A stretch of 64,000 nt of DNA, from assembly GCA_002269645.1 (NCBI GenBank), contig NIVC01002621.1, forward strand, positions 92,318-156,317, in the 5' to 3' direction. Numbering within the stretch: position 1 is the first letter of the stretch; every line of letters starts with the position of its first letter. Source of the stretch: Macrostomum lignano. Lineage: Eukaryota. Below the pieces are notes generated by a model. The model had not been told where the DNA came from, searched no databases, and saw nothing but the letters and a program-made list of their open reading frames with translations. This document shows, piece by piece, positions 38,555 to 64,000 of the stretch. The position numbers and the translations under genes were made by a program.

Positions 38555-39048
38555 AGCTAATGACCAAATGTGACCAGTAGCTTATGACCAAATTTGATTA
38601 GTAGCTTATGACCAAATGTGACCAGTAGCTTATGACCAAATTTGATTAGTAGCTTATGACCAAATCTGACCAGTAGCTAATGACCGAATTCCACCAGTAG
38701 CTAATGACCGATTTCGACCAGCAGCTAATGACCGAATGCGACCAGTAGCTAATGACAAAATTTGACCAGTAGCTAATGACCAAATTCCACCAGCAGCTAA
38801 TGACCAAATTCGACCAGTAGCTAATGACCAAGTGTTACCGGTAGCTAATGACCGATTTTGATCAGTAGCTAATGACCAAGTGTTACCGGTAGCTAATGAC
38901 CGATTTTGATCAGTAGCTAATGACCAAATGTTACCAGTAGCTAATGACCAAGTGTTACCGGTAGCTAATGATCGATTTTGATCAGTAGCTAATGACCAAA
39001 TTCGACTAGTAGCTAATGACCAAATTCGACTAGTAGCTAATGACCAAC
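38555..39048. repeat. 24-bp minisatellite (GACCAGTAGCTAATGACCAAATTC) upstream of the YEATS4 acceptor
   Basis: About 20 copies. Confidence 0.9.
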
Positions 39049-39595
39049 TAAATGAGATGAGTAGCTTATAACTAAATGAGATGAAATCTATGACAGAGCT
39101 GTGTAACTAATGCTAATAGCTTCATACCGAAATCAAAGAGAAAGAACTCAAAGAGCACTTCAATCCAAAAATCAGTAAAAAGCAGGCAGTCAGCTGACTT
39201 GCTATTATATTAGCTAGGTGCAACACCAGACCTTGCAAATGCTCAAAATAGATTAACCAGCTTTAACACAGGAAGTTGAGCTTGCGGAAGCATCAGATTA
39301 AGAATTAATACGCGCCTAAAAATGCTATTGAACACAAAAAAAGTTTAAGAATTTCTTGTACTCGTATAAAAAGCAGATTTTGTGAGGAGTGCGTTAATAA
39401 TCGGAAAAAAATAGAAATCAGAGAAAATCGAGAGAAAAATGTTTATTATTCTACTGATAGTAACTGAAAGATTTATCATTACTTTTTGTAAAAAAAACAC
39501 TTAAAAAGCTATTATAAGGCCGTCTGACTGATATTAAAAATACTACTAGGGTTGAAGACATTGCGAGCGCTCATTTAGAATACAAGTGACTGATC

Positions 39596-40543
39596 TCAAA
39601 CGTCCGTGTAGTCGCGAACCCAGGCTCGCTGCCGACGGACGCTAGTCGAGGAACGCCGACAAGGACGCGGTGGCAGCGGCGGCGGCAGCTGAGCCGGCAG
39701 CGGCGGGGGCGGCGGAGGCAGCGGCATCGCCCGTCGACTGCCGACCAGGGAGGGAGTCGGGACGCCGACAAGACGCCGCAGGTCGTCCGTGAGCTGCCGA
39801 AGCTCGTCAGCCAGGACGGCCCGGCTCGGATCGGCGGCTGTCGTCGTCGACCGGCCCGGCCGGCCGGCCCGCAGCTGCGCCGCCTCCGCCTCCAAATCCG
39901 CCGCTCGCGCCGACCAGCGAAGGCAGCAGCCGCAAACGCCAGCGCCGCCGCAGGCGCTGCCGCCACAGTCGCCGCCGCCGCCTCTGCCGCAACTCGAGCC
40001 CCTCTCGGCCATCAGCGAGGTGACAACGAGGCAAGCGTCCAAGCCGATCCTCAGCTCGGCCAGCTGAGCAGCCAGGCTGTCACCGCCGTCGCCGCTAAGG
40101 CAGGAGGTGTCGCTGAATGCGCTCAGTTCGTCCTCCCCGAATTCGTCATTGAAATCGTCCGGCAGCAGGCGGTCCAGACTCTCGCCGAAGTCGCCAAGGA
40201 GGCGGTCGGAGCCGCCGCTGCCGCAGCGCAGCATGGAGCGACGCAGCAGGTGCAGCAGCTCCCGCTTCAGGCAGAGCGGCGGCACGAGTCCGGCGGCGGC
40301 TTTCTTGGCTGACGCGCCCGGCCCAAAGCCGCCGCGGCTGCGCAGCTGCTGGGAATTGTCGGCCAGCCGCTGCAGCCGGTCGGAGGCGGCAGAGAAAATC
40401 TCCTGAAGCCGGTCGAGCAACAGCTCGGCTGGACCGCCAACGCCGCTGCCGCCGCCGCAGGCGCAGAGGCACCTTCGGCAGGCGAAGAGAAGGCGAAGAG
40501 AGGTCAGAGTGGCGGCCACGGCGTCCGACTGAGACTGCTGCAT
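39596..40543 (-). CDS. Hypothetical single-exon protein (315 aa), helical/acidic with Pro-rich tail ending YTDV
   Basis: GC-rich 948-nt ORF with coding-like composition bounded by AT-rich/repeat DNA; AATAAA at 39442-39447 plus a U-rich tract downstream. No family recognised. Confidence 0.65.
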   Translation of the reverse strand: MQQSQSDAVAATLTSLRLLFACRRCLCACGGGSGVGGPAELLLDRLQEIFSAASDRLQRLADNSQQLRSRGGFGPGASAKKAAAGLVPPLCLKRELLHLLRRSMLRCGSGGSDRLLGDFGESLDRLLPDDFNDEFGEDELSAFSDTSCLSGDGGDSLAAQLAELRIGLDACLVVTSLMAERGSSCGRGGGGDCGGSACGGAGVCGCCLRWSARAADLEAEAAQLRAGRPGRSTTTAADPSRAVLADELRQLTDDLRRLVGVPTPSLVGSRRAMPLPPPPPPLPAQLPPPLPPRPCRRSSTSVRRQRAWVRDYTDV

Positions 40544-40589
40544 CTCCTGCCGCCGGGTCAGAGGAGGCTGGTCATTCTATCTTGGCAAT

Positions 40590-41310
40590 GAGTCTGATAA
40601 TCACTCACTATCAGGGATAGATAATCACTCACTATCAGGGATAGATAATCACTCACTATCAGGGATGGATAATCACTCACTATCAGTGATGGATAATCAC
40701 TCACTATCAGGGATGGATAATCATTCACTATCGGGGATGGATAATCACTCACTACGAGTATCAGTGATGGATAATCACTCACTACGAGTATCAGGGATGG
40801 AAAATCACTCTCTCAGTGATGGATAATCACTCTCTAAGTGATGGATAATCACTCACTATCAGGGATGCATAATCACTCACTATCAGTGATGGAGAATCAC
40901 TCTCAGTGATGGATAATCACTCACTATCAGGGATGGATAATCACTCACTATCAGGGATGGATAATCACTCACTATCAGTGATGGATAATCACTCACTATC
41001 AGTGATGGATAATCACTCACTATCAGGGATGGATAATCACTCACTATCAGGGATGGATAATCACTCACTATCAGTGATGGATAATCACTCACTATCAGGG
41101 ATGGATAATCACTCTCTAAGTGATGGATAATCACTCTCTAAGTGATGGATAATCACTCTCTAAGTGATGGATAATCACTCTCTAAGTGATGGATAATCAC
41201 TCTCTAAGTGATGGATAATCACTCTCTAAGTGATGGATAATCACTCTCAGGGATAAATAATCACTCCCTATCAGTGATGGATAATCACTCACTATCAGGG
41301 ATGGATAATC
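40590..41310. repeat. 24-bp minisatellite (ATGGATAATCACTCACTATCAGGG)
   Basis: About 30 copies, with a block of 22-bp variants near 41110-41250. Confidence 0.9.
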
Positions 41311-41849
41311 ACCAATCACTCACTATTGAAGATAATTGATTAACCTATTGGAGATGGATAATCAGTCTATTTGATGGTGTAATCACTATCGCAAGTGTAT
41401 AACTCCTCAATCAAGGAAAAACTAACAAGGGAGTAACCTATTATTCGATCTATATCCATGCAGGTACGCGTATGCATTAGTAAGTCAACGAAAGAAACGA
41501 ACTTTCTTAAAAAAATAGCTGGTTAACAAAATAGCTGGGAAAAATGAAAACAAAATTTAATGATTACATCAGATGTTGCGCAAAAACATGGCCAAAGAGG
41601 AGCAAAAACTGTATCAATGAGATGGCAACAGAGAATTAATAAATGCCGCTAAAATTAGATATACACAGTTACTAAGCTATCTGATATATATAATCAACTA
41701 TTTCTCAAATTCCTCACTGCTTCATCCTCATTCTATTATCAAAGATGCAATGGTTCGCCCATCAGTTATTATTGCTCTCCGTTACTGTTTAGTGTTGCCG
41801 CAAGCTAACCCAGCTTCACCACATAAATTCCCTAATCAAAACGGCCATT

Positions 41850-42510
41850 GCTGAGATGTCAAGGCTCACGGGGGGATTGCTGAGATGTCAAGGCTTACTG
41901 GGAATTCCTGAGATGTCAAGGCTTACTGGGAATTCCTGAGATGTCAAGGCTTATTGGGAATTGCTGAGATGTCAAGGCTTACTGAGAATTCCTGAGATAT
42001 CAAGGCTTATTGGGAATTCCTGAGATGTCAAGGCTTACTGGGAATTCCTGAGATGTCAAGGCTTACTGGGAATTGCTGAGATGTCAAGGCTTACTGGGAA
42101 TTGCTGAGATGTCAAGGCTTACTGGGAATTCCTGAGATGTCAAGGCTTACTGGGAATTCCTGAGATGTCAAGGCTTACTGGGAATTCCTGAGATGTCAAG
42201 GCTTATTGGGAATTCCTGAGATGTCAAGGCTTACTGGGAATTCCTGAGATGTCAAGGCTTACTGGGAATTCCTGAGATGTCAAGGCTTACTGGGAATTCC
42301 TGAGATATCAAGGCTTACTGGGAATTCCTGAGATGTCAAGGCTTACTGGGAATTCCTGAGATGTCAAGGCTTACTGGGAATTCCTGAGATGTCAAGGCTT
42401 ACTGGGAATTCCTGAGATGTCAAGGCTTACTGGGAATTGCTGAGATATCAAGACTCACGGGGATCGCTGAGATGTCAATGCTTACTGGGGGGCATTGCTG
42501 AGATGTCAAG
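41850..42510. repeat. 28-bp minisatellite (CCTGAGATGTCAAGGCTTACTGGGAATT)
   Basis: About 23 copies, starting right after the zinc-finger gene AATAAA (42550-42555, minus). Confidence 0.92.
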
Positions 42511-42782
42511 GCTGAGAGGTCAGAAGCTACATGCAGTTTATTCAAAATTTTTATTCCACTCTTTGTTGCCTCCTCAACAGGGGGAGGGGGCACTGATTGC
42601 TGGTACCTTCTAAAAGACAAAAATCCCCATTAGAGACATACAGATATGTACGAGTACAGCGGCCCTGACGTTCTGGTTCTGGCACGACAAGATCCAAGCC
42701 AATTTTTAGCCAAGCTTCAGAGCTCCTCTGCCCCTCCCCCCCCACACTGAATCCCCCACAGAATAATTGCATCGGTCTATTA

Positions 42783-44281
42783 TCACGATCGTTTCTTCCG
42801 CAGTGAGGCGGCTGCCTTGACCGCGGCGGCCGCATCGGCCAGCTGGTGCTCCCGGTCCATGTGCCGGCGCAGCAGGTAGCGCGACATGAAACGGGAGCCG
42901 CACAGGCGGCAGTCGTAGGTGAAGTCGGTGTGCTTGTCCCGTATGTGGCAGCGCAGCAGGTAGCGAGTATTGCAGGCGTACGGGCAGAGGCTGCACGCGA
43001 AGGGCTGCGGCAGAGGCCGGTGGCTGTCCTGGTGCTGGCGGAGGCTCCGCTCGTTCTTATAGTAGCGGCCGCAGACTCCGCAGCGCAGCCGGCCGGACAT
43101 CGGGTCGGAGTTGTGCGCCACGGTCAGGTGACGCCTGAGGGCCTCGGCGGTGTCCAGCACCTGCGGGCACTGGGGACAGCGCTTTGGCTGCCTGGCAAGC
43201 TGGCAGGGGTGCATGAGGCGCACGTGCCGGGTGAGGAAGCGCTCCTGCAGGAACAGCCGGCTGCAGAACGGGCACTTGAATGCGCTGCGACTGTCGGATG
43301 AGGATTTGAAATATTAGTGCGGAGATTATTTGCACAGAGAATGTACGTGTCTTAAAAAGTAGTGCAACTCAAAGCGCACCTGTGCTCATCATTCCAATGC
43401 TGACGAAGGCCTTCCAACATGCTGAATCGACGAACGCAACGGGGGCAGCGGTAGATTTCACAGCCGGGATGCTCCTCAGCCACGTGCTTCTCGGCGGCCT
43501 GGGTGTCGAAGAAGACGCACTCGCACACTGGACAGCGACAGGCGGAGTGGAAGTGGAGCTGGTGGTAGAACAGGCTGTGCAGTTTGGTGAACCGCCCAGG
43601 GCAGGTTCCGCACTGCAGCGTGGCCGGGCAGCGCCGGGTGGCGTTGCCAGCGGCGGCGTCCTCGCTAGACAGCGCTGCTGGCCCGGCTTCTCCAGCCTGA
43701 GCCTCCTCGGCTGGCTCAGGACCTGCCGCGGGGGTAGCTGTGAGGCGGGCTCCGGATGGCCCCTCCTGCTGCTCACAAGGCTGCTGATCAGCGCCAGTCG
43801 ATGCCCACAAGTTCAGCAAGCGCGACATCAGCGGGTCAGCGGCATCCTCAAACTCGGCGTGAGCTGCCTCATCTAACTGGTCCATTCTAACCTCCAAATC
43901 GACAATACAGTTCGGCGGCTGTTGTTGCAGATTTTGCTTCCGCGAACAGGCGTGACCCCTGAGAGCGGCCAAGGATTTGAATACGAGTCTGCAAGCGGAG
44001 CAGCTGTGAGCTTCCACTGTAGCGGCGGAGGTCGCAGTCGTGGCGCAGTCGCCGCTATGGTAGATGCTGAGGTGCTCGTCGATCAGGGCGCAGTCGGTGC
44101 TGCAAGCGTCGCACAGAGGGCACACAAACAGAGTGTAACTGAGCTGCTGGCCGCCGTGACAGCTGGAAATGTGCCGGTTGAGTTTGTCAACAACCAGGGT
44201 GGCGAAAGAGCAGGCTGGGCAGGAGAGCACGTGAACCCAGGGCGGGTGGCGGCCGCCCCCGCTGGGCTGGGTGGCACTCAT
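42783..44281 (-). CDS. C2H2 zinc-finger protein (~469 aa, ~11 fingers)
   Basis: Exons 44281-43380 and 43290-42783 (AG|gtgcgc ... gacag|T, phase 2). Six C2H2/C2HC units in exon 1 and five in exon 2 (e.g. CGVCGRYYKNERSLRQHQDSH). Confidence 0.88.
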
Positions 44282-45639
44282 TGCTTGCTCTCGAAATTGC
44301 TGCTTTTAATGCACTTGCGAGCTGCAATATTTTAACCAAATACTGAAATAGAGAAAAACAGGGAAATCTTTTTGCATTTCTGAGCACATTTTTAATAGCA
44401 TATTTTGTATAATTTGTAATTAATACTGTTTAATCACAAGCTGTATAAGAAAATAATAACCTAGTATATTTTGTTCAAAGTAAAATCTATATTATTGATT
44501 TTGGAGTCTCATCAAGCTATTAAAACAAAAAAGTTATATAATATTAGCTAGATAATTAATTGCTATGCTTAAGTTTTCTTTGCTTAAGTTCTCTTATGTT
44601 GTATAAACAGACTATATGTACCTTATTGGTTTTAATTTTACCCATTACTGGTGTTAGACACAAGTCCATTAATAAGCATTAATAAGTGTTCATTTAACAT
44701 TAATGGACTGCCATTAAGATTTTTTGCACTAATGGATTAATGAATTTGCACTAATAATTTTTTGACTTAATGAAAAATTCATTGTTAACATTAATGACAA
44801 TGCAAATGACACCATAGATGCAAAAAAGAACAAAAATATAAGTCCTACAAGAAGTTACAACATTACAAACAGTCTAATTTATCCAAGTGCCTAATTATTG
44901 ACTTTATTTATGATGATAAACATGTAAATTAAACAACTTTTTACTTACAAACTCTAGGAATAAATTAAAATTGTAAGCTTTTTGGTTGCATATGAGCATT
45001 TCCTTTATTCATTTCTTTCCCAAACTTTGTAAGTTTCTGCTATGCCTGTTAGTACTACTGAAACAACCTTGTTTATATTTTATTATTAACTAATTAGATT
45101 TCAAGTTCCAAATAAATAGGTTGGTGACCTCTATATGTTTGCTAAAAAGATAGAAGAATGCATTATAAAGTGAGTTTTGGAAAAAGTGCAAAATTCTTAT
45201 ATTTTCTAAGTTAATGTTAATGGATCAAGCTTATTAACAATTATCAGTTAACTTTCAATCAACTTGAGGAATTTAGGAGTTAATCAGTTTTTTTAAAAGC
45301 TAATACCAATGAATTTTTTAAAAACCTATATATTTTGGATGGAACAAAAGTCTTGTCATTTATAATATAACTCTGCTAAAATAGCTATTATTATATAATT
45401 TTTCACCTAAATCAAAAATTTCCATAGACAAACTGGCTACAAAAAAAACTGGCTTGCCACAAGAAAAACTCACTTAAAGCCAGGCTTAAAACCTTTGAGT
45501 GTCTTTAAGGCATTCAACGAGCCTAGGAAAATATAGTTGAAACATGGAGCCTGATGAGATGTATTTTTAGTTTTATATGGCTACCTGACTAAAGCTCAGT
45601 GATTGAGCTACCAAAGTCAACCAAGATCTAAAACCTGCT

Positions 45640-46640
45640 TGGGACAGTGCTGTTTCATCCCTAAGAACCATACAGCATTAGATGAAAGATGTCAATGATA
45701 GGACATATGAGTGTCATATTTTGTCCTTCCTTCAGGCACTCGTAGGAAGTGCTTAGCAATAGTGACAGACCTAGCTGGCCAAAGAGCTCAAAGACAAGTG
45801 AAATAGCAATGAAGGTAAAGGAAATGATCTGTAAGGATCCCCATATCTCATCTCGTGATCTAGCTGAGCATCTGACTAGTGACCATAGCACAATACTTTG
45901 CATCTTTGAGAAGACCTACAGCTAAGGTAGGTGTGGTCTGTGTAGGTACCTACAACTTCAGGAATGAGCAGAGACAGATGCAAGTCAATTCTGCCATACA
46001 ATTGTAATGGGTTATGCTAAGGATAGAGGAAAAGTATAATTGGTACACTGTTCAAGACAAGACATAGGGGCCTAGGTATCCTAGGATGCTTATAGAACCA
46101 AAACTGACAATAGACTTGGCTTGAGAGGAGAAAGCTCCAAAAGAAGGTTTGCAACCAAATATAATGACAAAGTGGAAGTCCCTACTGATAGTCATGTTCA
46201 TAGCCATAAAGCAATTCTTAGTCATTGTATTGCCTTAGAAAGAGACAATGGATACCAAGCAAATACTGAGCTACCTTAAGCAAACTAGAAACCTATAGCA
46301 TACTTTGCACTCAAAGTCCAACCCAGTTCAACTGAGGTCTGAGCAAGATCAGCTTGCAAATAGACAATGCTTGACTATATATTGCATGACTCTTGGGATT
46401 TCCTGCAATAACTCTATTACTATGATTTGGCAGAGCCCCTATAGTCCCAATCTAAACCTATGTGACCAATTTATGTTCTTTTGGCTAAAGAATGCCAATA
46501 GCTATCAAGAGGTTTGAAGATTACTTATTGCAAATGTTGCGGATCATCTCTAAAAGTGCCTTCTAAGACCAGACTAGGTAGATCTGCTCCTAGACCACTG
46601 TCCATTGCTAGCTTCATACTTTATATAATAGACCTTGACT
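45640..46640 (+). mobile_element. Decayed mariner (Tc1/mariner) transposase relic; boundaries approximate
   Basis: HTH-like DRPSWPKSSKTSEIAMKVKEMICKDPHISSRDLAEHL (from 45764), KSLLIVMF..LP*KETMD, the LQIDNA* motif, and WQSPYSPNLNLCDQFMFFWLK (46428-46490; cf. YSPDLxPxD). Many stops and frameshifts. Confidence 0.75.
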
Positions 46641-47208
46641 TAAATTAAAACTGTCTAAAACTAGGCCTAGGCTAGGCCTAAGCCTAAAGCCAAAGGCAAT
46701 GAAATTCTATCTTAAAATTAAAAATAATAATTCTATCTAAAATACAAATATTAGCCTAATAATTAGGCCTGAGATATTGAGATAAAAATAAAATTTTATT
46801 TTTTAGCCTAGCTATATATAGGGCATAGTTAAATTTGAAGCTATAAAGCTAGGCCTAATAACTAACCTTTTAGGAACTTAATAGGCCCTAAGTATAATTG
46901 TTGCACTTGCAAGTTATAAATAATAAATTATAATACATGTAATTATACATGCAGTGTAGGCTTCTATTAAAGTATTATAAGGCTTATTAAAGTTAGGGCC
47001 TAGGCCTATTTATATGAGTAAAAAACAGCAAACATAAATCATTATAGATTCTATAGCTATATATTCTTACAGTATTATTAGAAAGGCCAACTTTTCTTTC
47101 ACTTAGGCCCCTAATTTATTTAAAAGCTTTAGACTTTGAATTAGATTAAAGGTTAAAAATCACCTTCAAATAAAACAAAGAAAAACAATATAGGCCTACG
47201 TGTCTGAG

Positions 47209-47418
47209 CAGAAGTGTCGCCAAGGATTTTATGGTGGAGGGGCAAAGCCAAGAAACCAAAAGTCCTATAATATTTTGGGAATCAATGTTGTTTTGCCATT
47301 AACACTGATTTTTGCACTCAACTCAACCCTGAAATCTGAACTTCTGAACACTCCAGCGAAATTCTCGATTTCCATAACGGATCACAGCTACAGGGCATCA
47401 AGAGTAGCGACACCCTTG
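47209..47418. mobile_element. Degenerate MITE related to the 22083-22410 element
   Basis: Ends CAGAAGTGTCGCCA / TAGCGACACCCTTG; shares the internal TTTTATGGTGG and GATTTCCATAACGG motifs. Confidence 0.55.
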
Positions 47419-47814
47419 TGTTCTGTAACTGATTGTTTACACTAATTTGGGCCTGGTCGTGCTTAATAAAGCTGTATCGCACGTGCTATGAATAAAAAGC
47501 CAACAAACTCACGGTCTTATTTGCTAAGTCTTAACAAATTTAACTGTTTACTTATATTACTCCTTTTTAGAACAAAATTTTATCTCATTTATTAGTAGCT
47601 ATTAAGTACAAAAAATATATTTCTTTAAAATAGAATTCTGTTAACAACATTTTATAGACCGGTTTTATCGTTGGTTCCAATTTTTAAGCTACATTTTCAG
47701 AGAAATTTTTCGAGGCTTAGCCAGGAGATCATAATGGAGCACTAATAAAAGCATGAAAAATAGTCTACTGCATATCTTTCTCCACAATAAATACACCAAC
47801 GCCAACAGCTCAGA

Positions 47815-63023
<15,209 letters not shown>

Positions 63024-64000
63024 GTGAGTCACCTGAACCAACATGAGTCTCGATGCGAATGACGACCCACCCCAACCCTGTGTTTTCCTATCAGCTCCCT
63101 TTAGTTGCATTTCAGCCAGAGATTCAGGAAAGCTGAGATTTTGTGAATTCGAAATGAAATGTTAAGGCGGCAATCCTTCGAACTGACACACGGAGAAAGA
63201 CCAGGTGCTTTCTAGCATCAGGTGACATGCCAATCTCGCGCGCTCGCGCGCTGCGTCTGTATGCCAGCATCCGATGCTTCATCACACTCCCCCGTGTGAC
63301 TGCACGCGCCTCCCTCCTCAAACCCTCCCTGCTTTTACCCAGCCTGTCAGCCATGCAGCGTCATCAGTGACTCAGCGAGCCCCACGTGTCCATCAATTAA
63401 CTGGCGTGCTTTATTTGTCACTGGGTAGTTTCGGCAACTAAAATCGAGTTTAGAGGCTGGTGCAGAGTCGGGTGAGGCTTAATTACGAGGTAGCGGCCGA
63501 GTGTTCGTGTCAATTGTCGAACTGCTCAAGATTTTGTTTTGGCATATTCGTATCTAGCTCTGATTAGAAAAATAGACTTCCCTTTTAATCTGCCCTGTCC
63601 GCCAAATTCAGCAGCTTTTATACGGACTTTACTATCATTAGTAGGGTAGAACAAACTAATTCAGTCGTACTCTTTGGGAGAATTTAAACCCAGACCCTAA
63701 TCAAGCAGGCAATAATGCCAAATATTCTCCTTCGCTATTTATCCTCAATTTCACCTCGCATAACTATTTGGTTGCCATGAGCTGGATTTTTCAATGCACT
63801 TGGTAATGTACTACTCACCAACAGTATCGGACAGTAGCATGCTAAGCACAGGAATTTTGCCCTCAACCACAATTGTCAAACATGATTGCTTTGCGCTTGC
63901 ATTAAAGGCAAATATAGTGGGTGTGCGCACTTGAACAATGCATTTTAATAAATTTGCATTCGACTTTTCATTGTTTTCAGTTTGCATGCAAACTATAATT

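Overview
Eukaryotic (metazoan) genomic DNA, not prokaryotic. GC-rich coding exons, short GT-AG introns and very dense intronic/intergenic minisatellites, (TCTG)n and (CTAT)n suggest a free-living flatworm such as Macrostomum (inference from composition only). Spliced genes reconstructed by hand on the minus strand: ERCC6L/PICH SNF2 helicase (6 exons), NTPCR-type NTPase (3 exons), a putatively myristoylated orphan protein (2 exons), YEATS4/GAS41 (2 exons, no in-frame ATG of its own), a 315-aa orphan ORF, and an 11-finger C2H2 protein. On the plus strand is the 5' part of tomosyn/STXBP5 (10 exons, runs off the window). Mobile DNA: a 3'-truncated Ty3/Gypsy element embedded in a 47-bp satellite, an internally deleted APE-type LINE carrying a nested MITE, two related hAT-like MITEs, a 111-bp MITE, a foldback element with a telomere-like core, a decayed mariner and a Penelope RT fragment. 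About 20 tandem arrays are present. Best leads: (1) operon-like runs of co-oriented genes spaced by polyA signal/U-rich tract/minisatellite/splice acceptor, with YEATS4 apparently needing the spliced-leader AUG as its start codon; (2) a phase-consistent 4-exon gene hidden by two in-frame stops at 21.5-23.3 kb; (3) the telomere-core foldback element. No CRISPR, rRNA or intact tRNA gene was seen.
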